Assembly: GCA_951406725.2 (NCBI GenBank)
Contig: OX597818.1
Coordinates: 73,408,001-73,472,000 of the forward strand
Length of the DNA: 64,000 bases
Reading direction: 5' to 3'
Source of the DNA: Octopus vulgaris
Lineage: Eukaryota
Part shown: positions 14,380 through 27,100 of the stretch, one piece after another
How the letters are laid out: each line of letters starts with the position of its first letter
Position numbering within the stretch: the stretch's first letter is position 1
The notes under the pieces: model-generated
The model's database searches: none
What the model was told of the DNA's origin: nothing
Seen by the model: the letters and a program-made list of their open reading frames with translations, nothing else
Position numbers and translations under genes: made by a program

Positions 14380-15055
14380 TTTCTTATGTAGCTAGTTTCC
14401 TGCCAAAGTTAATAACTGTTCGGCAGCTCACTCGAATTTTATGCACATCTTTCCTAGTTGAGTCAGAATTTTAAGTGCGAATATTGGGGCCTTATTTAGT
14501 AGTTTGAGTGACACACCAGAATAATACTGATCTATATCAACTTCAGTGAATTTATATCTGCTTTTATGGGGCAAGGAACTAGACCATTAGCTAGCCTCCG
14601 TGGAGATCGACCACAGCTTTAGCAGAATTGTAGAAAGAAGGTGGGGTAATACTCTACCTAAAATGAATTCGCTTATACTATCTATATCAGAGCCAGAACG
14701 GTAAATGGAGCGAACGAAATGGTTCACAACGGAAGTTTCTTTGTGGTTTTTGAAGTTTAGGTGGGGTAGTCTGTGCTGAAGTGGTTGGCGGCGCGTATCT
14801 TCCAGACCGAGGTTAAAAACTAATACACAAGTATTTCGGTTATTTTCCCTTCGCACAGAATCCGGTAATATTTTGTAGTCCTGTATTTGTTTGAGGATAA
14901 GTTTCCGGTAGGTATCCACTGGTACTCTACCTAAGTTTCCAGATTTTATTGCCCCAATACTTGTCTCACCGTTTCCCATAATCCTAGCAATCGTTTTTCT
15001 CTTTCTTTCTGCTTCTTTCTCCTTCGTACTCTTGCAATCTAAATCACACACCTAC
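14380..15055 (-). pseudogene. PLE reverse transcriptase N-terminal/fingers fragment, Hydra-clade-like
   Basis: KSGNL..Y.KLI...I..YK..NLGLED..FKNHK..RSIYRSGSDIDSISEFILGR..LWSIST, then past a stop FTEVDIDQYYSGVSLKLLNKA.FA (RT motif A-like). Confidence 0.7.
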
Positions 15056-15242
15056 TATGCATATTTTAGGTTTCACATTGTGCTAAAAGTTCAGCGATTT
15101 ATTAAAACTCCATTCTTTTTATACTTATTTTATTTTTCTATTTTTTATACTTTGTTATTGACATGTTGATTAATTTGGTCTCACCATTGTGCTGTGGTTG
15201 ATTTGGAAATTCCGCGCGGCATCGTAAAGTTTTTTGCGTTAA

Positions 15243-15334
15243 TTTAGCCTGATGATTAGCTATACTGAGGAGAGTTCGTTGTGCAACAGTTGCATACGGA
15301 GGGTTCAGCTAGTTTACAAACATGAGTAGCTTAT
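15243..15334 (+). ncRNA. Possible degenerate hammerhead with long stem II
   Basis: UUAGC-CUGAUGA-UUAGCU...UGUGCAAC/GUUGCAUA...AGCUAG-uuua-CAAAC-AUGA-GUA-GCUUA; GAAA box altered. Confidence 0.4.
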
Positions 15335-15668
15335 ATTTTACCTGTGCCACTCCTTTAAGTTTGACATTTTATTTACATTTTTAGCGGTATTAGTTACTGA
15401 TGGTGCGTTGTATAGAAACTATCAACTTATCGAATATGTGACCGTCATATGAGAAAGTGTTACTAAGTTCCGATACCAAAAGTTATTATTGTATCTCCTC
15501 GCACACTGAAAACTGTTTGTCCTATGTATTAACCGTGTACAGCTTGAAGCTTACTTGTATTTACACACACAGAGACACACATAAATCTGCGTGTGTGTGT
15601 GTACGTATATATATATATGTATATTTGTACGTATATATATTTATTCATATATATGCATATATATATAG

Positions 15669-15712
<44 letters not shown>

Positions 15713-16317
15713 ACACACATATATATATATGTGTGTATGCGTGTGTGTGTGAGTATGTGTGTGTCTCTGTGCGTGCGTGTGTGTCTCTGTGTGTCTGGAG
15801 AAACATGTAACGAAGTTCCTTTGCGCACTCGTCCCGATTGCACCTTGATGTCTGAGTGCGTTTCCAACTATACAGAAGTACTAATAAACTCAATATGAAA
15901 GATGAGGTAGACTGCGCGAATACTTAAAATGTTGCAAGATTGATGTTTGGGAGATTTGTAAACGAAAAAGTAATTCCGTTGCAATAATTTTAATAACAAA
16001 GTTATTAATTACAATTAGAAATGTTGGCAGTTTGTCCTAGCTTTAGCAATTCTTTGAAAATATGCTGAATGTACAAGTCTACATTGTGATTGATCATATA
16101 TGACTTTATTATAAAGTGTGGCACATATCTTCTTGCAATGATGAAACACTTTGATATTTCCTGCAATTCATTAATGATACAAATTCTTCAAAGTATTCCT
16201 CCTTGTTCCTGAAATCAATAGCCATGAATGTATACTGAATTAATGGGACGTAAGAGAAGTGAAATTTCATTCTCTACCTCATACACACACATAACCACAT
16301 AAACAAATGCATGCATG

Positions 16318-16375
<58 letters not shown>

Positions 16376-17188
16376 GTGCGTGTGTGTGTGTGTACATATG
16401 TATTTATGTATATGCATCGCAATCACATTCGTACATAAGATGCGAGGACATACTGCCAAGATTTAAATTATCGAAACAAATTACTGCAAAGAAATTCGAA
16501 TGTATATATATGACTACCTATATTTATTTCGTCATATCACTAAATAAAAGTGTTTATACATACACATACATTCATGTTTCTACGTATGTATGCATGTATG
16601 TATTTATGGATGTATATATGCGTGTTTATATAAGTATGAATGTAAGTATGTATGAATGTATGTATATATGTATGTATGAATACATGTATGTATGTATGTA
16701 TGTATGTATTATGTATATGTATTCGTAACTACGTCAGTACATAAGTCTGCCAAATTCCTTATTAAGTAAAATGGAGTCAATTCTGCCTACAGCAGTAAAG
16801 ATTGTACATCTTCTATTGTATCATTTCAATGAAATTGGATTTTCGAAACGAAAACTGGTTTAAGTTTTGAGAGAAGATTTGAGGGAAGTTGAGGGAAGTT
16901 TAATCATTGCTCAAATAACTCAAATTACTTATGCTTACAAATAATTAAAATATTATTGTTTGACATGTGGTCATATAGTCGAGAAAAGAATCATTCTCAT
17001 GAAATTAGGTATTATCATGCCGATGACTATTAATTGTTAATGCGTATAGTGCATTATGAATAGACAGAGCTGCAACATTTTATATGTATATATAAATATA
17101 TGTGTGTGTGTGTATGTATGTATATATATAAATATATATAAATTGTATATACATATATATAAATATTTATAAATTGTATATATATATG

Positions 17189-17231
<43 letters not shown>

Positions 17232-17235
<4 letters not shown>

Positions 17236-17550
17236 CCTAGGGTCGACCAAAGACTTGTGAGTAGATTTGGTAGACGGAAACTGAAAGAAACCCTTCGTAT
17301 ATATTTATGTATATATATATATATGTATATATATATTTATATATATATGTTTATATATAAATATGTATATATACGTATATATATGTATATATATAAATGA
17401 ATTATTATATATATATGCATGTCTGTATGTGTTTGGGTGGGTGTTCGCAACATCACTTGACAACCGATGCTGGTGTGTTTACGTCCCCGTAACTTTGCAT
17501 GACCGCAGTGAGAATGACTGGAACAAATAAAAGAGTAAGAGAGTAAAGAG
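17232..17550 (+). mobile_element. SINE family A, 5'-truncated
   Basis: TATAGCCTAGGGTCGACCAAAG...GTAGACGGAAACTGAAAGAA, internal (TA)n, tail TTTACGTCCCCGTAAC...AATGACTGGAACAAATAAAAGAG. Confidence 0.85.
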
Positions 17551-17560
17551 TATATATGTA

Positions 17561-17625
<65 letters not shown>

Positions 17626-18278
17626 TATATACACAATTTATTTATCATGGTTGCTTCCACACATCCTGCACCACTCCTTCATACTTAGGAAACTATACTG
17701 TGAGTCACTGCGCACACCACTGTGCAGATGCAAAACATCTCATGATGCAACTCGGTTTGTAGTTACAAAAATGATATTTTGTTCTTAAGCCTAACTAGAA
17801 AACAATTATAGTAGCCCTATCTACCATATATTGCAAATAAAGACATTTCAGTTTTTAAGAGAGAAACATCACTTATTTAATGATAAGGTAGTTCTATCAT
17901 CTGCAGAGATGCATCTGCTCTGTGGCGAGCACTGAAAGTTACTGTATAGTTTCCCACCCATGAGTGAATAGTGCTGGATATTTCCAAATGATTCTTGTGA
18001 AAAAATTAAGTCTCCAGTATACTGTATTTTCAGTATCCATTGTTCCTACTCAATGTGCTCGAAATACGGATTAGAAAAACAGCCGACAACTGATAAAGAG
18101 CCATTTTTCGTGTTGTTCGTGTTGTTTTCCAATGTTTCTTTCGGTGTTCGCAAAAAAATGTTCATATTCCATGTCCTCGTACTTCGTATTTCTTGTTGTT
18201 TTGACGTCCAGCACCCACATATGCATATACATATACATATACTATACATGTAATTATGTACGCATACGTATGAATATA

Positions 18279-18385
<107 letters not shown>

Positions 18386-18401
18386 TATATATATACATAT
18401 A

Positions 18402-18777
18402 CTCTTTTACTTGTTTCAGTCATTTGACTGCGACCACAACACCGCCTTCGATCGAGCAAATCGACCCCAGAGCTTATGCTTTGTAAGCCTAGTTCTTCTT
18501 CTATTAGTCTCTTTTACTGAACCGCTAAACTACGGGAACGTAAATACACCAGCAACCGTTGTCAAATAGACACAAAAACATATACACATATACATGTACA
18601 TATATATACATTTACGAAGGGTTTCTACCAGTTTACGTCTACTAAATCCTCCCACAACTCTTTGGTCACCCCGTAGCTACAGTAGAAGACACTTGCCCAA
18701 GGTGCCACCCAGTGGGACTGAACCTGGAGCAGTGTGGTTGGTAAGGAAGCCACTTACCACACAGGCACTCCTGCGCC
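18402..18777 (-). mobile_element. SINE family A, near full length
   Basis: Head GGCGCAGGAGTGCCTGTGTGGTAAG...GGTTCAGTCCC; tail AATGACTGAAACAAGTAAAAGAG. Confidence 0.9.
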
Positions 18778-19260
18778 TATTATTTATATTAATATATGAT
18801 TGAACGTCACGCATCCTTTTCCAAGTAAGTGTTATATCAATAATTCTCTCTCGCTCCTCTCTTTCTCTTGTGCTCCGCTTTATATATATATATCTCTCTC
18901 TCTCTCTCGTTGCTCACACGTGACCATCGTCTAACATTCTTTTCTTCATATGATATCTTTCTTTTCCTGTAGCAGTGATTTTTTTTCTCTCTTTCTCTTT
19001 TCTATCTTTTCTCTTTTTAAAAGAAATGTGTCTCACAGCCTTCGCTATTTTCCTCTCATTCTGGTCTAACGATACGCCATGTGTGTTTTCGTTCGGTTTC
19101 TTTGTATGTCTCCACTGTCATGTTTTTGTTCCCAACTGTGATCCTCCATAAATCCAAAATTTAATATTGGGATTCATGGGAGCAACTGTCTTTCAAGACT
19201 CATATTCATGTTGTTTGCGCCGTTGGTGAAGTTACGTACCCATATATGCATGTATATATA

Positions 19261-19316
<56 letters not shown>

Positions 19317-19319
<3 letters not shown>

Positions 19320-19549
19320 CTTAGGGTAGCAAAAAATGCTTTTTTTTAATTCTTTGCTACCAGTGGTCTAGCGAGAAGGAAAAATTAGTCAATAGACTAT
19401 ATATTATTCATATAAAAATACACTGAACATTTAAACACATACGAGATGTCCGTAATAGGACATCTGACTCGCTAGAAGAGTAGTTAAACTGCAAACCACT
19501 TATAGTGGTTTGTCCTATTATGAACATCTCTTATGTGTTTAAATGTACA

Positions 19550-19554
<5 letters not shown>
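19317..19554. repeat. Fold-back insertion in (TA)n with 44-bp inverted arms
   Basis: 19419-19462 versus 19511-19554 inverted with about 5 mismatches; terminus similar to 43885-43969. Confidence 0.75.
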
Positions 19555-19600
<46 letters not shown>

Positions 19601-19601
<1 letters not shown>

Positions 19602-20881
19602 GAGGGGTGTTCAATAAGTAATGCCTCTGACCCACTTCCCATAGCAGTAGAGCAACGAAACTTGGCACAGTTATTAGTCTTTTTCTACATAGGAACCACC
19701 CAGAGTTACGCATTTCTCCCATCGTTTGATGCGGCTCTGGAGACCTTTTTGTAGAAGAACCCAGCTTGGTCCTCCAACCTCAACGTGACTTCAGAAATCA
19801 AGGCTGCATCATCTGGGAAATGCTTTCCTTTCAAAAACAACTTCATGATTGGGAAGAGGTGAAAATCAGAGGATGCAAGGTCAGGAAAGTAGGGGGGATG
19901 GGGAGGAGTTCATAGCCATACGCCTGTGCTTCTGATCTGGCGACAAGCGAGTTGTGGACCGGAGCGTTGTCCTGCAGGAGGAGGATGCCTTTGCTGATCT
20001 TGCCCCGCCTCTTGATTTTGATAGTTTCTCTTAATTTCCTCAAAAGTGAAGCATAATAGGCTCCTGCAATTGTGGTACCATTTGCCAGGAAATCTGTCAT
20101 CACTACTCCGTCCTGGTCCCAGAAGACTGTGAGCATGACCTTGCCAGCAGAGGGCTGCACCCTTGCCTTCTTTGGAGGGGGCGAGTCACGGTGCTTCCAC
20201 TGCATTGACTGGGCTTTGGTCTCTGGATCATTGTGATGGACCCAGGTTTCATCCTGTGTAATCAGTCTTTTGAAAAATTTTGACTCATCTTCTTGGCACA
20301 TCTCCAAATTCCCCCTCGAGCACTCGACGCGTTCTTGCTTCTGGAAAGGTGTGAGCAACCTGGGAATCCATCTGGCAGACACCTTTTGCATATGCAAATG
20401 GTCATGAATGATAGTTTCCACAGACCCGGTACTAATCTTGACCTCATGGGCTATTTGTCGAATAATTATGCGTCGATCTTCCAAAATGGCAGCCTCAACT
20501 TGACGGACAGATGCCTCATCAATGGCAGAAGGGGGCGACCAGATCTGGGAGCTGTTTCCACAGAGTTCCGACCATGTTTGAATTCACGATGCCAGCGTTT
20601 TACAAGGTCATATGATGGGGCATCATCACCATAAGTTACTTTCATTTCATCAAAAGTCTCCCGTGGTGTGCATCCTTTCAAATACAAAAACCGGATCACT
20701 GCTCGACACTCAACAGGCTCCATTTCACACTTGACTCGGTTCAAACACCTGTAAATCAGAAACCCCAATTAATTCACAGCTGTAATTTGCCACTTACTCT
20801 ATAGAGATATAAATGATTGCACATGCAAAATTTCAAACAACTGCAGGTGGGTCAGAGGCGTTACTTATTGAACGTCCCTCG
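19601..20881 (-). mobile_element. Full-length mariner element, irritans-subfamily-like, 1281 bp
   Basis: 35-bp TIRs CGAGGGGTGTTCAATAAGTAATGCCTCTGACCCAC with 3 mismatches; TA on both flanks; internal transposase. Confidence 0.95.
19674..20723 (-). pseudogene. Mariner DD34D transposase with two frameshifts
   Basis: MEPVECRAVIRFL HTH region, WIPRLL, ITQDETW, LLQDNAPVH, YFPDLASSDF, ending RWEKCVTLGGSYVEKD*; frameshifts near 20530 and 19900. Confidence 0.92.
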
Positions 20882-20914
20882 TACATATATATATATATAT
20901 ATATATATAGGTAT

Positions 20915-21110
20915 AGATTTCAAATTTTGACATAAGGCAAAGAATTTCAGGGCAAGGGGTACATCGATTATGTTATTGCCGTTGTTCAACTCGTACTTCT
21001 TTTATGCATCCCGACATCTTGATGGAATTTGTACTGAGAACACGAAGACGGAAGAAATACCACTAAACACTTTGCCTGGCGTGCTAACAGTTTTGCCAAT
21101 TCGCTACCGT
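20915..21110 (-). mobile_element. SINE family B, degenerate
   Basis: GAAATACCACTAAACACTTTGCCTGGCGTGCTAAC...GCCAATTCGC matches the head of 30174-30399. Confidence 0.7.
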
Positions 21111-22633
21111 TACACACAATCACACACCCAGATACACACACACACAGAAACACACACACACACAGACACATACACACTCACTCACACACACACGCAAATA
21201 AAGTGCATTAAGTAATCATCGTATTCCAATTTTTCGATTTTCAATGAGTTGGAGGTGATCGAAAATCTTTCCATACAGACACAAGACAGGCTACGCTTTC
21301 GGGGTTTTGTGATAAAGTTTACAGAAGTAACCCAATAGTTTTACCATTAATTCTGTGAAATATTCACGGGTCACGCAAGTATTTATATAATTGCATGACT
21401 GTGACTGAGAATGAGGGAGGGAAGAGGAGAGTGAAATGAGAGAGAGAAAGAGAGAGAGCACATGTGCCAGTGTGTGTGTTTGGGTGTGTATGCGTTGATG
21501 CACATCAACGTGGTATAGTGTGTGGGAGAATGTGTGGGTATGTGCATGCGCGTAAGTGCGTGCATGTATGTGTGAGTGCTCCATCTGCAGAGAGGTAGCT
21601 ACTACCAGTACATTACATTATGAGGAGTTAAATATGAAATAATTTAAACAAGTGAGAGAACTTTAAAAAAACAGTAATGGCATGGTGTAAATGGAATTTT
21701 TAAATGTTTCAAAAATGTCAATACCAAGTTTTAACACATATTTCAGAATTGCAAAATAAATAATTGTGAATAAATATATAAAATTGAATGCAATAAGCAT
21801 ACATATATATAGGTGTGTGTGCTTGTATGTGTGTTTATAATTTTAAGGTGCAGGATATTTGGTGCATGTGTGTATATTTGTATAAATGTGTGTGTGGATG
21901 TGTGTATGTGTGTGTTTTTGCATTTAACATTTCAAATGCTAACAGAAGTAACAAGAAGCTGAGCATTGACAATTATTTAGAGAAAAACAGGACAAGATAG
22001 CTGTAGAAACATTCACCATCTTATTTTCAACTATAAGAAGGTCAAATGTGTTAACTTGTAATTAAAGCTAATATGACTTTTCTTCCCTTGTAGGAAGACA
22101 TAGTTTTGTTAACTTTTACTGTCACGTCATACAAATAGTGGAAACATGCAACTTGTATATTTGTACAGTTTATTCCATTTTATCTATTATATTTCACACT
22201 AAACCCACAGTGAATATAGTTTTGTGAAACCCATATTTTTAGATGATGTTGCTTTTTTGACTTTCATATTCATATGCACGATAAGACGACCCCGCTGAAT
22301 ACATATGAATAGAATTGAAGAAAAATGAGACGCACATATAAAGGAACGCTATACATAGTCTAATCAATACGTATCTGGACTGTGCCATACTAATGAAGCT
22401 AAAACATGCAGAATAACGCCGCTTGGCACATGTTGACCTAGGACTCTGTTACGCATGCACAGTAAGATTTAATATTCTAGCAGTGCTTGGAAGGAAGAAA
22501 TGTAGCGTGGGTTCATCGCATTGATATTGATAGAGAAAGTCGAGCAGAAAATCTACATCAAACCTTGCCAAAATTCTTTCGAAAATTTTTATCCTTATTT
22601 TAGAAGTATATAATTCTATAAAAATTATGTATT

Positions 22634-23174
22634 TGGCTGTGTATGTGGTAAGTAGCTTGCTTACGAACATCATGGTTCCGGGTTCTTTCCCACTGCTTGG
22701 CACCTAGGGCAAGTGCCTTCTACTATAACCACGGGTCGGCCAAAGCCTTGTAAGTGGATTTAGTAGACATAAACTTAAAGAAGCATGTCGTGTATACACA
22801 CACACGCACACACACACAGACACGCACATATATATATATAAAATTCTCTGAGCGAGGTTTAAACAGTTGATGCACGATATCATGAAGTATATTTACCACT
22901 TAAATGTGGCTAAACCTTAAGGGCGGATGCTACTGTAGCTTGTAGACCAAGGAGGACACCTCCTCCAGCTGGTTATTGACACACTTTCTGTGCCCTATCA
23001 ATACCCAGAAACTAGGCTCCGTGGAGATGGGAAGGATGGCTTCCCTTGCAAATACTGATAGGGCACAGAAAGTGTGTCAATAGCCGCTGGAGTAGGTGTC
23101 CTCCTGGGGCTACAAGCTACAGCAGCATCCACCCTTAAGTGTTAGCTACATTTAAGTGGCAAATATACTTCCCG

Positions 23175-23216
<42 letters not shown>

Positions 23217-23432
23217 ATGAGTTTGTGTGTCTGAGTTTTATCCACCACATTCGCTTGGCAACCGTTGTTGGTGTGTTTACGTCCGCGTAACGTAGCGGTT
23301 CGGCAAAGGCAACTGATAGAATAAGTACTATAATTACAAAGAATAAGTCCAGATGGCGAATTGTTCGACCAAAGCTGGTGTTCCAGCATGGTCACAGTCA
23401 AATGACTGAAGGAAGTAAAAGAGTAAAGAGAG
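22634..23432 (+). mobile_element. SINE family A interrupted by a PLE-type fold-back insertion
   Basis: SINE head 22634-22790 and tail 23220-23432 flank a palindromic insert in the internal microsatellite. Confidence 0.85.
22884..23171. repeat. ~117-bp inverted repeat with 55-bp spacer (inverted pLTR)
   Basis: Arms 22884-23000 and 23056-23171; homologous to the linear copy at 63472-63680. Confidence 0.92.
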
Positions 23433-23854
23433 TATATATAGTTTGACTGAGCGAAATAAGGAACAAGTAATTTTGTGCGGTTACATTACCAATAAAATGA
23501 TGTGCCAAGATCTAAAACTTACACGTATTTAAGTCTGGGACGTAAAAGATCTGCTGATTCCTTCGCGAGCCCTAAAGCCCCTAGAAGATTCTTTAATTCA
23601 CACATGTCGAATACGTTCTTCAATACACTGTTATTGCTGTCTCTATAGTCATTGCTATTCATGAATTGTGGCTCAGAGCTCAATTGTACGTCTTCAAAAT
23701 TTCCTTGTGGTGATGGGCCCGAAAATTACTTAGAGACACTAAGTAATTTTTAAATCTGCCTGGGTGTTTTCTTCAATGTATGAAACTATTAGTAGCTTAT
23801 AACTATACACTGCCTACATTAAACAATATTTCTTTATCTTTCACCACATAGAAC

Positions 23855-23901
<47 letters not shown>

Positions 23902-24428
23902 TGTGTGTGTGTATCTGTCTGTTTGCATGTATATATATATGTGTTTTGTGGGAAGGTTATCTAAGTATAATTTATCATAACTGTCTGTGCAACGTATTTT
24001 CAGATTATCTTAAATAATTCATCTTCCTTCATATTGAATTCTAATCACACATTTTATATTTTCCTTTAAAAAATATCTAATTCATCATGTATATTCGCCT
24101 ACTCAATTTTATTAAACATTAAGTATACAACTCGTTATAGAATTGTTTAATATGAAACAAGAAATATTGCTGAAGTTGCCGAAACGTTTAAACTGTAAAT
24201 AAATACAGCTAGTAACATCAATTTTGCAAGTAGGCAGACACACACAGACATTTAAATGTAAATATGAACACATATTCACGAAATATGACGCAAAACCAGA
24301 CACCGCAAAATTTGGAGAGATGTTCAACTTTCTCGTAGCAGAAATAAATATATACATAAACATTCATACAGAGCAAACCCCTAACCATTTTAATAGGGAA
24401 AGCAATCCCTATGAGATTATCATTTAAA

Positions 24429-24429
<1 letters not shown>

Positions 24430-24523
<94 letters not shown>

Positions 24524-24618
24524 CAGCCGCAGCAGCAGTAGCAGCGGCAGTTGCAGTAGTAGCATTAGCATTAGCAGCAGCAGCAGCAGTGGTAGTAGTA
24601 GTAGTATTAGTAGTAGTA
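24430..24618. repeat. (GTA)n/(GCA)n microsatellite
   Basis: Direct observation; abuts the 3' tail of the adjacent SINE. Confidence 0.95.
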
Positions 24619-24930
24619 CGTCTGTTACGACTACGATTGTTCTAGCTGATTCGATCAACTTTGCAGCCTGCTCGCGAAATTAAGTTGCAAGCAGCTGTGC
24701 CCTCCAGAAATACGTGTCTCTGGAGTGCTCTGTAAACATACTTCTCAGTAAACATACTTCTTAGAAAGATTCTATGTGACAGCAGTTGTGGTAATGCTGG
24801 CACTTTGTATTAGAGGTAAAACATTTTTGCCGGCTTATTGGACTGAAACGGCGTGTGTTCCTCACGGATACGAAACTCACGACTTTACGATCCTGAGCGA
24901 ATACCCCAACCACTAAGCCACGCACCTTCA
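24619..24930 (-). mobile_element. tRNA-derived SINE with family C2-type tail, old
   Basis: Head GGTGCGTGGCTTAGTGGTTGGGG...GAGTTTCGTATCC; tail TTAATTTCGCGAGCAGGCTG...GTTGATCG...TCGTAACAGACG as in 9384-9470. Confidence 0.75.
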
Positions 24931-25316
24931 TTTACATACTATATTCTACACTTATCATCTCAAGTATGGTGGGGTGGTTAAGAAGTTAGCCAGGCAACTA
25001 TGTATTTCTTGCTTCGATCTTTACAAGAGAGGTCCTTGTCCTGGTAATATCTACTATAAAATGTGTTCAGCTAAAATAAGTTAGGCGCCGATCTATGGGA
25101 GCATTTTTGTTCGTAGGAGGGCGACTTAGAACATTTCTTCATATAATTGAACCAATGGAAATTTGGTATTATTCAAGTACTGGCTAATTTGCTGCAAATA
25201 TTCAGAATAAATCACCAACTGCCCCTTAATCCTTAATACGTATAAAATCTACACAATCAACAGTGCCTTGAATTTCGTTTCTAACAATAATACTTCTAAA
25301 TGTTAACACACAAGTA

Positions 25317-25769
25317 CCGTAAAGGCTCGAGTATAGTCCGCCCTTGAATATAATACACAGAGGATTTTTAGGGGGCTGTACTTCTGAAAAACCTAAACAT
25401 CGTGTATAATACGCACCCCTCTAACTTGAGTCAAGGAGGTCTATATAACGTCCTGTGTTTGTAAAAATGTATATGGTAACGTCCCTTATTATTATTATAT
25501 ATATAACATAATGCAAATGTGTAGCTTTTTTGTGCATTTTGTTTGCAGAAAATAAAGAAATAACAGTAATGACGTTTAATAAATGTTGCTTACTGCAAGT
25601 TATGGATGATTCTTTTATGACTTTATTGCTTTCAGGCTTAGCTTAAGGTATTTTCGCGCCTGACATCACAAAATGCGTCTGAATAAACATTACCGGACAG
25701 CAAATAGAGACTCGGACATTGCTAAGAAAATATTTTTCATTTTTAACCTCGTATATAGTCGCACTAGGG
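25317..25769 (+). mobile_element. pogo/Tc-mariner-like left end with subterminal repeats
   Basis: TA|CCGTAAAGGCTCGAGTATAGTCCGC terminus plus reiterated motif copies (GAATATAATACAC, CGTGTATAATACGCAC, CTCGTATATAGTCGCAC); ends at (GATA)n; no right TIR seen. Confidence 0.55.
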
Positions 25770-25877
<108 letters not shown>

Positions 25878-26590
25878 TGTTACTTGTTTTTCACTTGCTT
25901 CGGTCATTGCACTTCGGCCATGATAGTTAACTGAATCGAGATCCTTAAATATGGTGAGGCTTCTAATTGTTTTCCCTCATGTCGGTAATTTATTATATCG
26001 ATTTATTTACTGACGCATGCGTACATATACATATATGTGGGTATATATATTCTTATATGCATATATTTATATGTATGTATATATATACATATATATTTAT
26101 TCATTTATATGTATGTGCGTGTGCATGTGTTTATAGAATGAACATTGGTTTCGCACCTATATAACACTCAACAATATAGGGGTATCGTCAGACTCAAATG
26201 GCCGAAGCGACCTAACCTCTCTACAAATGGTTGGAATGCGTCATGGTAAGATAGTTCTTTAAAGAAAAACATATTCGTCACCTAACGGACTTTTACCCCC
26301 TTACATTTACTCCGGCCTTCGTGGTATTCGAAGGAGCTGCGGCCGACCTATTCAACAAATTGGGAATCCCAAGTTTGAACTAAGAAACATTTTACATGAA
26401 AGCATTGAGTAAATACATGATTCTTGAATTTTAAAATGGCCTCTGGGTCAATCGAGAAACATTCTTAAATTCGCTCGACCCGGAAACATTGCATTTAACT
26501 TCCTAATATACATGTGTGTGTGTGTGCGTGTTACTACTCTCATTCTTTATAACGTGCATCTTTTTAAGATAAATGACCTACTGATGACAT

Positions 26591-26680
<90 letters not shown>

Positions 26681-27015
26681 TTTATATATAAACAATGATT
26701 AATTCATTAATTTAGTTTTCGTTCTATTATTTGTTGTAGAGAATATTTTGAAAGCGCGTCACTTACTTAGGGAATTATATTTTGTTTTTATGAACCTCTT
26801 TTCTAATTATTGAAACTGTATTACATTAAATCTTGATTGCGTCGTTTTGGAAATCGCTTGCGGGATTATTAATATTCACAAGCAATTGAAAGAGGAAGAT
26901 AGTATGAATAAATGTTACAGATATTCTAATATAGTACAAGAATAACAATATAATCGACTAATAAGTACAAAACTTGAATTGGAACTACGTATTACATTGT
27001 ATATTACACACACAC

Positions 27016-27100
<85 letters not shown>

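Noticed and set aside
21281-21410. Cluster of homeodomain-like sites suggesting an enhancer
   Set aside because: Short AT-rich motifs are expected by chance and no conservation data are available.
24411-24683. Poly-Ser/Val/Leu ORFs
   Set aside because: Produced by a (GTA)n microsatellite.
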